Shown piece by piece: positions 40,833 through 51,751 of a stretch of 64,000 nucleotides of DNA. The DNA is from Candidatus Spyradenecus sp. Its GTDB lineage: Bacteria; Verrucomicrobiota; Verrucomicrobiia; Opitutales; UBA953. The position numbers and the translations under genes were made by a program. How positions within the stretch are numbered: the first letter of the stretch is position 1; each line of letters opens with the position of its first letter. The stretch covers positions 27,216-91,215 of the forward strand of contig JAZSKX010000002.1 in NCBI GenBank assembly GCA_045535075.1, given 5' to 3'. Below the pieces are notes generated by a model. The model did not search any database. It worked only from the letters and a program-made list of their open reading frames with translations, and was not told the DNA's origin.

Positions 40833-42332
40833 ATGACGCCGATCGGATACGCTTTTTTAATCAAACACTTTGACCTGAAAGTTCTGAGCCCCTACAAAAC
40901 GTCGTATTTGACATCGAAGCAGGTTCGAATGAAAGAATGCTTTGCCTCCGGCGAAATAGAATACTTCCCTTCACGCTTCAAGCTCGAAGAGAAATGGCAA
41001 GATCACTTGCGCTTCGCGATAAAGCACGAAGGAATTAACTTAAATATTTTAAAAGCTCTCTTTGAAAAACTTGATGAATCAGAGCTTAAAGCGCTCATTT
41101 GCGAACAACGGGTTAGCGTCATTTTGCGAAGAATATGGTTTTTCTATGAATTTTTAACCGGACGGCGTTTGGAAATTCCGGCTCTGAAAACCGGTGTATA
41201 CGATTATGCGCTTCCTCCGGAAGACTATTTTACAATAGACAAAGAACACGCTACACGAGCTCCACGCCAGCGCCTTTTTTGCAATCTCCCCGGCAATGCG
41301 GCGTTTTGCCCGATTGTTCATTTAACAAAAAAAATCAAATCTGCATTAAATACGGATTTCGGAGCGAAAATCTCTGCTGTTCTTTCAAAATATCCGAACG
41401 AGCTGATTTATAGGGCGAACGCTTTTCTGTATTTACGGGAAACGAAATCGTCTTTCGCGATCGAGCAACAAACGCCCTCTCAACAGCGGACAACAGTTTT
41501 CATGGAAGTTCTCAAACAAGCGGGAACAAAAGAACTGAATACACAGGCTCTCGTTCAATTGCAGAATTGTATCGTTGATGCACGGTATGCGGAATCCGGC
41601 TTTCGTCAAGATCAAGTCTACGTCGGGCAAACTTTAGCCCCGGGGCACGAATTAGTGCACTTTATCGGAGTTAAGCCTAACGACCTAAACTCTTTCATGG
41701 AGGCATTTTTTGAAATCCTGAAAAGGCTCACAGCCTCGAGCTGTAATCCGGTCATTACGGCTGCCGTTCTTTCATTTGCCTTCGTTTTCATCCACCCGTT
41801 CGATGACGGGAACGGACGGCTCCATCGTTATTTGATGCATCATATTTTAGCGATGATGAAATTTTCTCCGGAAAATCTTATTTTTCCGGTATCCGCCGTT
41901 CTGTATAAGAATCCGACATCTTACGATCGGATGCTCGAGAGCTTCTCCAAACGTTTGATGCCACTGATAAATTACGAGTTGGATACCCTCGGAGTAATGA
42001 CTGTAGAAAACGAAACGGCAGACTTTTATCGTTACATCAATTATACGGAAATAGTTGAGCTTTTCTTTGAAATCATAGAGAAAACCCTGGAAACAGAACT
42101 CGTTCCCGAACTGGATTATCTGAAGTCGTGGGAACAAGCCAGAACTCAAATGCGCAATATCGTCGATATGCCGGAAAAAAAAATAAGGCTATTTATTACT
42201 TTTGTTCAGCAAAATAATGGTTCCTTTCCCAAAAATCGCCGAAAAATGTTTGAAGAGCTGAGTGATGCGGAAATAAGTTCCCTTACCCGAGTTATCAACA
42301 AAAACATTTTATCCCGAAACTCCAAAAAGTAA
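40833..42332 (+). CDS. Fic-domain protein
   Basis: Fic motif HPFDDGNGRLHR; also LRETKSSFAIE. Confidence 0.92.
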   Translation: MTPIGYAFLIKHFDLKVLSPYKTSYLTSKQVRMKECFASGEIEYFPSRFKLEEKWQDHLRFAIKHEGINLNILKALFEKLDESELKALICEQRVSVILRRIWFFYEFLTGRRLEIPALKTGVYDYALPPEDYFTIDKEHATRAPRQRLFCNLPGNAAFCPIVHLTKKIKSALNTDFGAKISAVLSKYPNELIYRANAFLYLRETKSSFAIEQQTPSQQRTTVFMEVLKQAGTKELNTQALVQLQNCIVDARYAESGFRQDQVYVGQTLAPGHELVHFIGVKPNDLNSFMEAFFEILKRLTASSCNPVITAAVLSFAFVFIHPFDDGNGRLHRYLMHHILAMMKFSPENLIFPVSAVLYKNPTSYDRMLESFSKRLMPLINYELDTLGVMTVENETADFYRYINYTEIVELFFEIIEKTLETELVPELDYLKSWEQARTQMRNIVDMPEKKIRLFITFVQQNNGSFPKNRRKMFEELSDAEISSLTRVINKNILSRNSKK

Positions 42333-42816
42333 GTTTTTTACAACGAAAAACATAAAAAGTAAGTTTTTTGTTTAAAAAGTAAGGATTTTCTCTCGTTATC
42401 TTCCGAAAAGTAACAAAACCTGTTTTAAATGGCTTAGAAAAGGCTTTTGGCGTTGCTCAAAACTTATCTTTCTCAAAGAACCGGCAAGCAAAACATACGA
42501 GTTACTACTCCGGATTGAAAAGCGCAGCAAGAACGCGTGTCGAAAGTCGTTGTTTCATTGCGCCGTGAATGCGTCAGGGAGCAACGGTATCGTTCCCGCG
42601 GCGCAGTTTTGTCAGTTTGCTGTCCCCAAGCTCCGCTCGCGTTGCTCGCTTCGCATGGGGTTATTATTGTTAATCCTCTTCGAGGCTTTTGAATTTCCTA
42701 TAAAACAAAAAAAGGGACAGCCGAGACGGCTGTCCTCCTTTGGAAGAAATTTTCTTTCTCCTTGTTCTTTTGCGATTAAGGTTTCCGAAAGAAGTGCCAA
42801 TTCCCTTAATGCCCCA

Positions 42817-42849
42817 AAAAACTCCCCTCGCAATTTGGGGAGAGTTTTT
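42817..42849 (-). terminator. Island-supplied terminator after acnA
   Basis: AAAAACTCCCC...GGGGAGAGTTTTT hairpin immediately after the acnA stop. Confidence 0.55.
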
Positions 42850-42864
42850 CGGGAAAGTTTGGGC

Positions 42865-45516
42865 TTAGCCCAGGATTTTGCGGAGGACGTATTGGAGAAT
42901 GCCGCCGTTGGCGAGGTAATGCGATTCCGCGAGCGTGTCGATGCGGCAAAGCAAGGTCGTCTTGGCGACTTCGCCGTTGGCGCGGCGAATCACGAGCGCG
43001 ACGTTTTGCTTCGGCTTCACGGGATTTTCCAAGCCCTCGATGTCGAAAGTTTCCGTGCCGTCGAGCCCGAGCGATTCCGCGCTTTCGCCGTTTGTAAATT
43101 CGAGCGGGAGCACGCCCATGCCAATCAGGTTCGAGCGGTGGATGCGTTCAAAGCTCTGCGCGACGACTGCGCGCACGCCGAGAAGCGCGGCGCCCTTCGC
43201 CGCCCAGTCGCGGGAAGAGCCCATGCCGTAATCGACTCCGGCGAAGACGATGAGCGGCGTTCCCGCCTTTTTGTAGGCTTCGCTGGCTTCGAAAATCGTA
43301 GTCAGCGTTCCCGCGGGCTGAAGTTTGGTAAAGCCGCCTTCTTTGCCGTCCGCCATCTTGTTTTTGATGCGCACATTGGCAAAGGTGCCGCGCACCATGA
43401 TGCGGTCGTTCCCGCGACGCGAGCCGTAGGTATTGAATTTTTCGCGGGGAATGCCGCGTTCGGTGAGGTATTTCCCGGCGGGCGTTTCGGGCGCGAAGGC
43501 GCCGGCGGGAGAAATGTGGTCGGTTGTCACGGAGTCGCCGAGGATGGCGAGCGGGCGCATTCCCGAGAGTTTCGCCGGCGGCGGGAGCGTCATGCCGAAG
43601 CCGTCAAAATACGGCGGGAACTGGACGTAGGTTGAGTCGTCGCGCCAGCCGAAGAGCGCGCCCGTGGTTGCGGGAACGGTTTTCCATTCTGCCGTTGCAT
43701 CATCGAACGAAGCGTAGCGCTTGGCGAACATTTCGGGTTTGATGCCGGCGGCGATGAGCGCATCGATTTCCGCCTGTTTCGGCCAAATGTCTTTGAGGTA
43801 AACGGGTTGCCCGTTCGTTCCCGTGCCGAGCGGTTCGTTTTCCAAATCGATATCGATGCGACCCGCGAGCGCGAAGGCGACGACGAGCGGCGGCGACATG
43901 AGGAAATTTGATTTGATGAGCGGATGAATGCGCGCTTCGAAATTGCGGTTGCCGGAAAGCACACTCGCCGTAATGAGTTTGCCGTCGCGAATCGCGGTCT
44001 CGATTTCGGGCGCGAGCGGACCGGAATTGCCGATACAGGTCGCGCAGCCGTAACCGACGAGATTGAAGCCGAGTTTGTCCAAATACGGCGTCAAGCCCGC
44101 CGCGTTTAAATAATCCGTAACGACGCGGGAACCCGGCGCGAGCGAGGTTTTCACATACGCGGGAACGCGCAAACCTTTTTCCACGGCGCGTTTCGCGACC
44201 AAGCCGGCGGCGATGAGCACGCTCGGATTCGACGTGTTCGTGCAGCTCGTAATCGCGGCGATGACGACGGAGCCGTCGCGCAGCGTTCCCGCCTCGGTTG
44301 CCGCGCCTTTCGTTTCTTCGCGGAATTTGTCGAACGCGTTTTTCACGTTTCCGAGTTCGATGCGATCCTGCGGGCGTTTCGGCCCGGCAACGGAACGCGT
44401 AATCGTCGAAAGATCGAGCTCGATGACTTTCGTGTAGTTGATTTCGCCCGCTTTCGGCATGCCGAAAAGCCCCTGCGCTTGGAGATAATCGCGGACGACG
44501 GCGACTTTCTTTTCGTCGCGCCCGGTGAGGCGTAGGTAGTCGAGCGTTTTTTCGTCAACCGGGAAAAAGCCCATCGTCGCGCCGTATTCCGGAGCCATGT
44601 TGGCAACGGTCGCGCGATCGGCGAGCGAGAGCGTTGCCGCGCCTTCGCCGAAAAATTCGACAAATTTGCCGACGACCTTCGCCGCGCGGAGAATTTCCGT
44701 CACGCGGAGCGCAAGATCCGTGGCGAGCACGCCTTCCGGGAGCGTTCCCGTGAGGTGCACGCCGATAACTTCCGGCGTCTGGAAGCAAACCGGCTGTCCG
44801 AGCATTCCCGCTTCCGCCTCGATGCCGCCGACGCCCCAGCCGACGACGCCGATGCCATTGACCATTGTCGTGTGCGAGTCCGTTCCGACGACGGAATCCG
44901 GGTAGAAAACCGTTCCCGCGGGCGTTTCTTTTTCAAAAACAACACGCGCGAGATATTCCAAATTCACTTGGTGGCAAATCCCGACGGCGGGCGGCACGAC
45001 GGAAAACGTTTTGAACGCGCCCTGCCCCCACTTGAGCAATTCGTAGCGCTCCGTGTTGCGGGAAAAATCCTTTTCGATATTTTTGCGAAATGCATCCGGC
45101 GTTCCCGCGTAGTCGATTTGCACGGAGTGGTCGACGACCATATCCATCGGCACGAGCGGCTCGATGAGCGCGGGATCGCGTCCGAGCTTGGCGACGGCAT
45201 CGCGCATGGCGGCGAGATCGACGAGGAGCGCAACGCCGGTTAAATCCTGCAAAAGCACGCGCGCGACCGTGAACGGAATTTCCGTGTCGGCGGGCTTTGC
45301 GGCGTTCCAGTTGGCAAGCGCGCGAACGTCGTTTTCCGTAATCAGCGTGCCGTCGCAGTTGCGAAGCACGCTTTCAAGGACGACGCGGAGGCAGACGGGC
45401 ATTTTGGAAACTTGCCCGATTCCCGCCTGTTCAAGCGCGGGAACGCTGTAGTAAAAACCTTTTTTGCCGGCTGCCGGGCAGTTAAATTCGCGAAGCGTCT
45501 GGAAAGGATTGTTCAT
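42865..45516 (-). CDS. acnA: Aconitate hydratase AcnA
   Basis: [55 protein letters not shown]; start at ATG 45516. Confidence 0.97.
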   Translation of the reverse strand: MNNPFQTLREFNCPAAGKKGFYYSVPALEQAGIGQVSKMPVCLRVVLESVLRNCDGTLITENDVRALANWNAAKPADTEIPFTVARVLLQDLTGVALLVDLAAMRDAVAKLGRDPALIEPLVPMDMVVDHSVQIDYAGTPDAFRKNIEKDFSRNTERYELLKWGQGAFKTFSVVPPAVGICHQVNLEYLARVVFEKETPAGTVFYPDSVVGTDSHTTMVNGIGVVGWGVGGIEAEAGMLGQPVCFQTPEVIGVHLTGTLPEGVLATDLALRVTEILRAAKVVGKFVEFFGEGAATLSLADRATVANMAPEYGATMGFFPVDEKTLDYLRLTGRDEKKVAVVRDYLQAQGLFGMPKAGEINYTKVIELDLSTITRSVAGPKRPQDRIELGNVKNAFDKFREETKGAATEAGTLRDGSVVIAAITSCTNTSNPSVLIAAGLVAKRAVEKGLRVPAYVKTSLAPGSRVVTDYLNAAGLTPYLDKLGFNLVGYGCATCIGNSGPLAPEIETAIRDGKLITASVLSGNRNFEARIHPLIKSNFLMSPPLVVAFALAGRIDIDLENEPLGTGTNGQPVYLKDIWPKQAEIDALIAAGIKPEMFAKRYASFDDATAEWKTVPATTGALFGWRDDSTYVQFPPYFDGFGMTLPPPAKLSGMRPLAILGDSVTTDHISPAGAFAPETPAGKYLTERGIPREKFNTYGSRRGNDRIMVRGTFANVRIKNKMADGKEGGFTKLQPAGTLTTIFEASEAYKKAGTPLIVFAGVDYGMGSSRDWAAKGAALLGVRAVVAQSFERIHRSNLIGMGVLPLEFTNGESAESLGLDGTETFDIEGLENPVKPKQNVALVIRRANGEVAKTTLLCRIDTLAESHYLANGGILQYVLRKILG

Positions 45517-45977
45517 AATTGGGGGGCAATCATAGAAAAACACAGGCGTTCCCGCGAGAAATTTCCACGGAAACGCATTCTCAAAAAAAGAACCGCGAAC
45601 AAACACGAATTTTCTCAAATGATCTTCATTTGCGGAATTTGCGAAAACGAGCAGTTCTGAAATCTTTTTTATCTTTCTCCCTATTGAATCAATAGATTAT
45701 TTAGCACAATACTGCTTCCCGCTATCCGCCAACTTTTTCAACTCATGAACACACATTTTTCGCCCTCCCCGCCGCACAAGTAACCGTTCCCACGGGAACA
45801 CAAAACAGCGCAGTCGGATTTTCTTTCCGTTTATCGCGGATTTTTACATGATTTCGGCTCTGCCGCGTTCGGAAACCGCAAAGAAAATCGTTGCGCTTAT
45901 GTTTTCTCCCGCCGGGCAGGAAATCTTCGAGAAAACCGGATACTTTTCCCAGCCTTAAGGCTGTTATAGCGAAACAA

Positions 45978-46014
45978 AAAACCGTTCCCGCGAAACATTC
46001 ACGGGAACGGTTTT
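45978..46014 (-). terminator. Terminator formed by an inverted CGGGAACG pair after trxA
   Basis: AAAACCGTTCCCGCGAA-ACA-TTCACGGGAACGGTTTT. Confidence 0.8.
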
Positions 46015-46038
46015 GCCTTACGAATTTCGTAACAGCGT

Positions 46039-46356
46039 TTATTTCAACGCATTCAGCAAGGTGGCTTTTTGTTGAAGCCCGACAAATTTTTGAGCAACTT
46101 CGCCGTTTTTGAAAATCAGAATCGTCGGAATATTCTGAATTCCGAAGCGAGCCGCGATTTCCATGGAATCGTCGATATTGACCTTGCAGATTTTGGCGTC
46201 GCCGCCGACTTCGTCTGCAATCTGGTCGATTGTCGGACCGAGAGCTTTGCACGGTCCGCACCAGGGAGCCCAAAAATCAACGAGTACGGGAACGTCCGCC
46301 TTGATCGCGTCGTCAAACGTATCGTTGTCTAATTCATTTACGTAGGGTGATGCCAT
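46039..46356 (-). CDS. trxA: Thioredoxin
   Basis: VDFWAPWCGPCK. Confidence 0.96.
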   Translation of the reverse strand: MASPYVNELDNDTFDDAIKADVPVLVDFWAPWCGPCKALGPTIDQIADEVGGDAKICKVNIDDSMEIAARFGIQNIPTILIFKNGEVAQKFVGLQQKATLLNALK

Positions 46357-46383
46357 ATAATTTAGAGCGTTATCGTCGCAAAA

Positions 46384-46878
46384 TTATTTGTATTCGCGCG
46401 CCATGAATTCGAGCAGGAGCAAGATGACTCCGGCGGCGGCGGCGAGGAAGAAAAGCACATCGACGACGGCGGCGAATTTGCCGACTTCCGTCGAAGCTTC
46501 GGGAATCGCGGGAGCTTCAATCGGAGCGCGAGCCGGGCGAACCGGAACCGGCGGCTTAGCAACGGCGACACGCGGACGAGCGGGAGGAGGAGGAGGAAGC
46601 GGTGAGGACATAGTCGGTTTGTTTGGAATGTTTGTTTTGGGAGGAAGTTTTGCCGTCGGTTTCGCGCTCGGCGTTTGCTTGGTTGCACCGATATATTCGA
46701 TGAGCACCAACGTCGCGCCTGAACGGTTTGCGGGAACGGGCTCTTTTGCGGGAGCCGGTTTCGGTGCCGGGGCAACTGCTTTCGGCGCGAGTTTGACACG
46801 CGGGGCGAGTTTAACGGCAGGTTTTTCAGGCGAATTTCCGAGGGGCATAACGTTGAAAGTTTCCGTAATCTTAGTCAT
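46384..46878 (-). CDS. Proline-rich protein with a C-terminal TM anchor
   Basis: Pro/Ala/Lys-rich region then hydrophobic VLFFLAAAAGVILLLL; co-oriented with trxA. Confidence 0.55.
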   Translation of the reverse strand: MTKITETFNVMPLGNSPEKPAVKLAPRVKLAPKAVAPAPKPAPAKEPVPANRSGATLVLIEYIGATKQTPSAKPTAKLPPKTNIPNKPTMSSPLPPPPPARPRVAVAKPPVPVRPARAPIEAPAIPEASTEVGKFAAVVDVLFFLAAAAGVILLLLEFMAREYK

Positions 46879-47043
46879 TTATCCCCGATAGTGAAGAATA
46901 AAATGACGGCAGGAACAGCCGTTGCGCCAAAATTCCGGAGTTCCCGCGCCCGCTCTCCCCGTTTTTCATGGACAAACCCTTCGCCTCAAGGGAGAATCTG
47001 ACTATTTCCGAAGATTCCCGATTCGAAAATTCTAGCACGCCAC

Positions 47044-49164
47044 ATGTCGGAAATTGCCGTTCGCCAGCACACGATAAAATCCTACCTGATTCGCGTTCCC
47101 GCGGAATGGGATCATCCGGATTTTTTGGATTTTCTGCTACGGCTTTCCGACGCAGAAACCTTGGCAAATGCGGAGTTGCTTCAAGGCGGACGCAATCGCG
47201 TTGTTCACACGCGGGCAAATTGCAACGGCAAGGAACGCGAAATCGTCGTTAAAACCTACGGGAACGACGGTTTTGCCCGGCGTCTTTTTTCATCCGGGAA
47301 AAAGCCCTCGAAAGCTGCCCGGGCTTTTGACGCGGCGCTCGCTCTTTGCGAAAACGGCGTCGGCACGCCGCGTCCGGTTGCGCTTGTTGAACGGCGGGAA
47401 CGCGGCAGGCTTGTCGAGAGTCGTTTTGTCAGTGAATACATTCCCGAGCTTTCGGATTTTCGGCGGGAACTCCATTTCGAGTTGTCTCAAAAACGCGATT
47501 GCGAAAGCCTGATGAATCTTGTCGAGCCCGTCGCCCGCGCAATTCGCAAACTGCATGATGCCGGCATCATTCACCGCGATTTGGGCAATCAAAACATCGG
47601 AATCACGCGCGCTGCGGACGGAACCTGCCGCATATTTTTTATCGACTTGAACCGTGCGCGCATTTTCCCGCCGAAATCGCTTACGGAAAAGCAACGCGGA
47701 AAAGACCTTTCCCGCCTGGACATACCGTCCGGAATTCTCCACGAATTCTTTCTCATTTACAACGCCTCGGAAGCTTGCCGAAAGGCGGAATCCGCCGCGC
47801 GCCGGCGTTTCAATTTTCACGCGTTCCTACGCCCGTTCCGCCATCCGTTCCGCGAATACAAATTGCGTAAACTCGACGGGCAACCCTTTATTTTCCGCTT
47901 TGCCGCTCAGCGGGAATTCCTGCGCAATCTTTGGGTTTGGGACGAACGCTCCTCGCAGGCGGCGCCAATCGTCGCATCGCGGGAACGCCGTTGGTTACGC
48001 CCCGCCGGCAATATCATCGCCTCGATTTTTCAGATTCTCCGTTGCGGCATTTCCGTGAGCAGGACGTTTCGTGAATTGAAGCGAAATTCGTTTTCCGAAC
48101 CGCTTGCATTTGCGGGAACGTTCGGAATTGCGCTCGAAGACAACCCGAAAACATGGGCGACGCAATCGGCGTTTCTCGACGAACTCCAAGGCGAACGGCG
48201 GCTTCCCGTTCTTTTGCGCGTTTATCACCACAAAGGCGCCGCGCATCACGCCCGCGTCGTCAAACAAGCACGAGAACTGAGCGCCCGCGGGAACGCCGTG
48301 GCGTTCGCCTTTGTCCAAGACCGCAACGCCCTGCTCCGCCCGGATTCGTGGAATAAAATGCTCGAAACCGTCATCGCGGGAACGCAGGATTTTGCGGATT
48401 TTTACGAAATCGGGCACGCCGTCAATCGCGGGAAATGGGGCGTTTGGGATTTTCGCGAATACAAAAAACTGCTCGCGCCCGCGCTCGAAGCGAAAAAGCG
48501 TTTCCCGCATATCCGCCTGACCGGTCCCGCATGCATTGATTTCGATTTGCATTCGCTTCCCGCCCTGCTCGGGGAAATTCCGAAAGCGAGCTTTGACGCT
48601 CTTTCGCAACATCTTTACGTCGACCGTCGCGGCGCTCCGGAAAACGCCCAAGGACAATTTGACACCGTCTCCAAATGCGCATTGCACCGCGCATTTGCCC
48701 GTGCATACAAATGCGGCAACGAAAAAATCATTGTCTCGGAAGTGAATTGGCCCTTGCTCAACACGGGACCGTGGTCGCCGGTCGGATTACTTTTCCCGAA
48801 TTCCGGGCCGTGGGAATCGCCGCCGAGTGTTTCGGAAGACGACTACGCGAAATTCATGATTCGCTACTGGCTTTTATCCGTCGCAAGCGGACACGTCTCA
48901 CGCCTGTATTGGTGGCGCCTCTCTGCTCGCGGATACGGCTTGATTGACGACACGGGAACGCCCGACAAATGGCGCCCTCGCCCCGCATTTTACGCATTAA
49001 AACAATGGATTCGCGCGCTTTCGGATACCCGATTCGAACGCCGCCTCGACAACGTTCCCGCCGGCGAATTCGCGCTCGAATTTTCCCGTAAAGACCAAAC
49101 GCGTTTTCTTGTGAAATGGACTCGCGAAACGATGCCGGAGCTTACGGAATCGCGGGAACGGTAA
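47044..49164 (+). CDS. LPS kinase (Kdo/WaaP/InaA-like) fused to a glycoside-hydrolase-like TIM-barrel domain
   Basis: N-terminal HDAGIIHRDLGNQN and FIDLNR; C-terminal SQHLYVDRRGAPE, IIVSEVNW, RLYWW, GYGL, RPAFYAL. Confidence 0.7.
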   Translation: MSEIAVRQHTIKSYLIRVPAEWDHPDFLDFLLRLSDAETLANAELLQGGRNRVVHTRANCNGKEREIVVKTYGNDGFARRLFSSGKKPSKAARAFDAALALCENGVGTPRPVALVERRERGRLVESRFVSEYIPELSDFRRELHFELSQKRDCESLMNLVEPVARAIRKLHDAGIIHRDLGNQNIGITRAADGTCRIFFIDLNRARIFPPKSLTEKQRGKDLSRLDIPSGILHEFFLIYNASEACRKAESAARRRFNFHAFLRPFRHPFREYKLRKLDGQPFIFRFAAQREFLRNLWVWDERSSQAAPIVASRERRWLRPAGNIIASIFQILRCGISVSRTFRELKRNSFSEPLAFAGTFGIALEDNPKTWATQSAFLDELQGERRLPVLLRVYHHKGAAHHARVVKQARELSARGNAVAFAFVQDRNALLRPDSWNKMLETVIAGTQDFADFYEIGHAVNRGKWGVWDFREYKKLLAPALEAKKRFPHIRLTGPACIDFDLHSLPALLGEIPKASFDALSQHLYVDRRGAPENAQGQFDTVSKCALHRAFARAYKCGNEKIIVSEVNWPLLNTGPWSPVGLLFPNSGPWESPPSVSEDDYAKFMIRYWLLSVASGHVSRLYWWRLSARGYGLIDDTGTPDKWRPRPAFYALKQWIRALSDTRFERRLDNVPAGEFALEFSRKDQTRFLVKWTRETMPELTESRER

Positions 49165-49276
49165 ACAGGAATTTCGTTTTTCTAAAAAAAACCGAAAAGC
49201 TTGAACAATAAGTAAAGCGCCGCGATAAAAACAATAAGCGCAAGAACGCGCTTTTCCCGCGGGGTAACGTCAAAAA

Positions 49277-50305
49277 TCATTGCCGAGCGGCAAAGAATTT
49301 ATCGACGCGACCGACGACAAAATCCGCCAACGCGAGCAATTGACTTACGCCGAATCCGTCGCCGTACGGAGCAACGGCTTCGCGCGCCGCCGCAATTTCT
49401 TTCATGAAATATTCGCGGCATTCATCGAAGACGCCGGCGGCCTTCATCCGGTCAGCAAGCTCGCCCGGAGCAAGCGTTCCCGCAGCGATTTCGGCAACCA
49501 ATGCCGCGCGCTCTCCGTCTGTTTTTTTCTTCAAAAACAGAATAATCGGAAGCGTGTACTTTCCGCTGGCGAGGTCGGTTCCGAGCGTTTTCCCGATGGA
49601 GGCTTCGGTTCCGAGAAAATCGACCAAGTCGTCAAAAATCTGATAGGCGCGCCCGAGCGAACGCCCGAACACTGCACAGGCTTTGCCGTGCTCGGCACCG
49701 TTCCCGCCGAGCATCGCTCCGAGCAACGCGGAAACTTCGAAAAGCTCGCCCGTTTTCATCTGAATGATGCGGAAATAATCTTCGACGGAAAGATCGGCGT
49801 TCCCGCGTTCGGAAGTCTGCCAAATCTCACCGTCGCAAATCTTACGCGTTGCCGTCGCCGTCGCACGGCAAAGTTCAATCGAATCAAGCTCCGCCATGAG
49901 ATTGAGAGCTTGCGCCAAAATCGCGTCGCCGAGAAGCACGGCCGTGTGCGAACCGTATTTGGCAAAGAGCGTCGGAGAAGCATGGCGGATTTGAGCATCG
50001 TCGAGCACGTCGTCGTGTACGAGCGTCGCCAAGTGAATCAATTCGACGATGGCAGCGGCGCGCACGAGCATCGGGTTGACGGTTTCTTCCCGCCAACCGG
50101 AGAAAAAAACAAGTGCCGGGCGCAGGCGCTTCCCGCGATGCGAAAACGTGTAGCGCACAAGCGGGCGCGTCACGGGCGCAAACAACTCGACCTGTTCATC
50201 CAAAAAAGCGTCGAGCGCTTCGAGATGCGGGCGGATCGAATCGAAAATACCGCTTTGGGAAAGCGTTTTCGTAAGCGGTTCCTGCGAGTTGTCGTGCTTA
50301 TCCAT
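49277..50305 (-). CDS. Polyprenyl diphosphate synthase
   Basis: GKRLRP, HDDVLD, GDA, KTG, FDDLVD, GTDLASGK; start at ATG 50305. Confidence 0.92.
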   Translation of the reverse strand: MDKHDNSQEPLTKTLSQSGIFDSIRPHLEALDAFLDEQVELFAPVTRPLVRYTFSHRGKRLRPALVFFSGWREETVNPMLVRAAAIVELIHLATLVHDDVLDDAQIRHASPTLFAKYGSHTAVLLGDAILAQALNLMAELDSIELCRATATATRKICDGEIWQTSERGNADLSVEDYFRIIQMKTGELFEVSALLGAMLGGNGAEHGKACAVFGRSLGRAYQIFDDLVDFLGTEASIGKTLGTDLASGKYTLPIILFLKKKTDGERAALVAEIAAGTLAPGELADRMKAAGVFDECREYFMKEIAAAREAVAPYGDGFGVSQLLALADFVVGRVDKFFAARQ

Positions 50306-50468
50306 TTCCGTAGAAAGATAAAATCCGACCGTTCCCGTTGCAAGCGACAAAGTCCGAGGAAACACGATAAAGCCGCGAGATTTCACGGGAACGCGGTCGC
50401 GGCGGTGAATTTTCCAAGTCCGACCTTGCACGCGATTTTTTTCTGTGCATGATTTGAAAAATCAATTT

Positions 50469-51287
50469 ATGCAGACACTTTTTTCTATGATTTTCTTCGC
50501 GGAAGGCGGGGCTTCGCGCCCGCCGATTTGGTATTGGGAACAATGCGACGGCGCAGCAAAATGCGTCATCGGGCTCGTCGCCGTCCTCTCGGTTTGGTCG
50601 ATTACGGCGATTATCAACAAGATGTTCGACCTTAAAAAATTTCGCCACGGGAACGCACGTTTCGAGGCGCGGCTGAATGCCGGGAAAACTCGGCTGACCC
50701 AACTTCGCCTTGAGCGCCATCCGGGAGCTTCGCCTTACGAGATGCTGACAATCGAAGCCTGCATCGCGTACTCCCGCAACGGCAAAAACATTCGCACGGA
50801 AAGTGATGTGGATATTTGCATGCGCCACATCGAAAACGCCGTGCAACGCGGAATGAGCCGCGTCATGAACACCTACGAAAAATCGCTGGTTCTATTGAGC
50901 TCGTTTTCCGCCGGCGGCCCGTTTCTCGGGCTGCTCGGCACCGTTTGGGGCATCATCGTAACGTTCGGAGAACTTTCCGAAAAAGCAACGATTTCCGACC
51001 TCGCACCGGGCGTTTCGGGCGCGCTCGTCGCGACTCTCTCCGGGCTCTTGCTCGCCATTCCCGCCGTGTTTTTCTACAATTACATCCTCACGCGAACCAA
51101 GCAACTGACGATGGAAATTGAAGCTTTTGCGTCGATGCTTCTCGATAAAATCGAGCTTGAGCTTTACGAAAATCTGCGCGCCGGCGAATCAACTCCGCCG
51201 GAGCCCTCCCGAGCCGTTCCCGCAGAAAAACCGGCTTCCGCAAACACTGCAGGAACCTTCCAAAACCCTTACGCGAACGCCGAATAA
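50469..51287 (+). CDS. MotA/TolQ/ExbB proton channel protein
   Basis: GPFLGLLGTVWGI, LAPGVSGALVATLSGLLLAIPAV. Confidence 0.92.
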   Translation: MQTLFSMIFFAEGGASRPPIWYWEQCDGAAKCVIGLVAVLSVWSITAIINKMFDLKKFRHGNARFEARLNAGKTRLTQLRLERHPGASPYEMLTIEACIAYSRNGKNIRTESDVDICMRHIENAVQRGMSRVMNTYEKSLVLLSSFSAGGPFLGLLGTVWGIIVTFGELSEKATISDLAPGVSGALVATLSGLLLAIPAVFFYNYILTRTKQLTMEIEAFASMLLDKIELELYENLRAGESTPPEPSRAVPAEKPASANTAGTFQNPYANAE

Positions 51288-51298
51288 TTCTGCCCGCC

Positions 51299-51751
51299 AT
51301 GGCACGCCGTTCCCGCACGTTTCACAGACAAAACCGCATTCAGGCGATGAGCGAAATCAACGTCACGCCGTTGCTGGACCTGTGTTTTTGTCTGTTGATT
51401 ATTTTTATGATTACAACGCCGATGCTGGAGCAAACGACGCAGATCGATCTTCCCGTCGCTTCCGACAGCATCGGCAAACCGCTCGAAACCGAAACACGAT
51501 ACGCCGTCGTCTCCCTCGACAAAAACGGCTTTTATTTCCTCGACGGCAAACAGCTTTTGCCCGAACAACTCGCAGACGAGTTTTCCCGCATCAGTGCCCT
51601 TCCCGCCGACAAGCAACCCGTTGTCCGCGTCCGCGCCGACGGCTCGCTCATGGTTCAACAGCTGATTTCGCTCTTTGACCTCGCGAAGCGCCACGGGCTC
51701 GCCAAAGTCGCATTTGACACGGAAGTCGACAACGAAAAACCCGCTCAATGA
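51299..51751 (+). CDS. ExbD/TolR family protein
   Basis: SEINVTPLLDLCFCLLIIFMITTP, VRAD. Confidence 0.93.
   Translation: MARRSRTFHRQNRIQAMSEINVTPLLDLCFCLLIIFMITTPMLEQTTQIDLPVASDSIGKPLETETRYAVVSLDKNGFYFLDGKQLLPEQLADEFSRISALPADKQPVVRVRADGSLMVQQLISLFDLAKRHGLAKVAFDTEVDNEKPAQ

Larger units (their letters stand above)
30927..42906. mobile_element. Defence genomic island bounded by a direct repeat of the acnA 3' end
   Basis: 30927-30968 and 42865-42906 match at 41 of 42 bp; cargo is type I RM, Hachiman, an rhuM remnant and Fic; no integrase seen. Confidence 0.8.
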
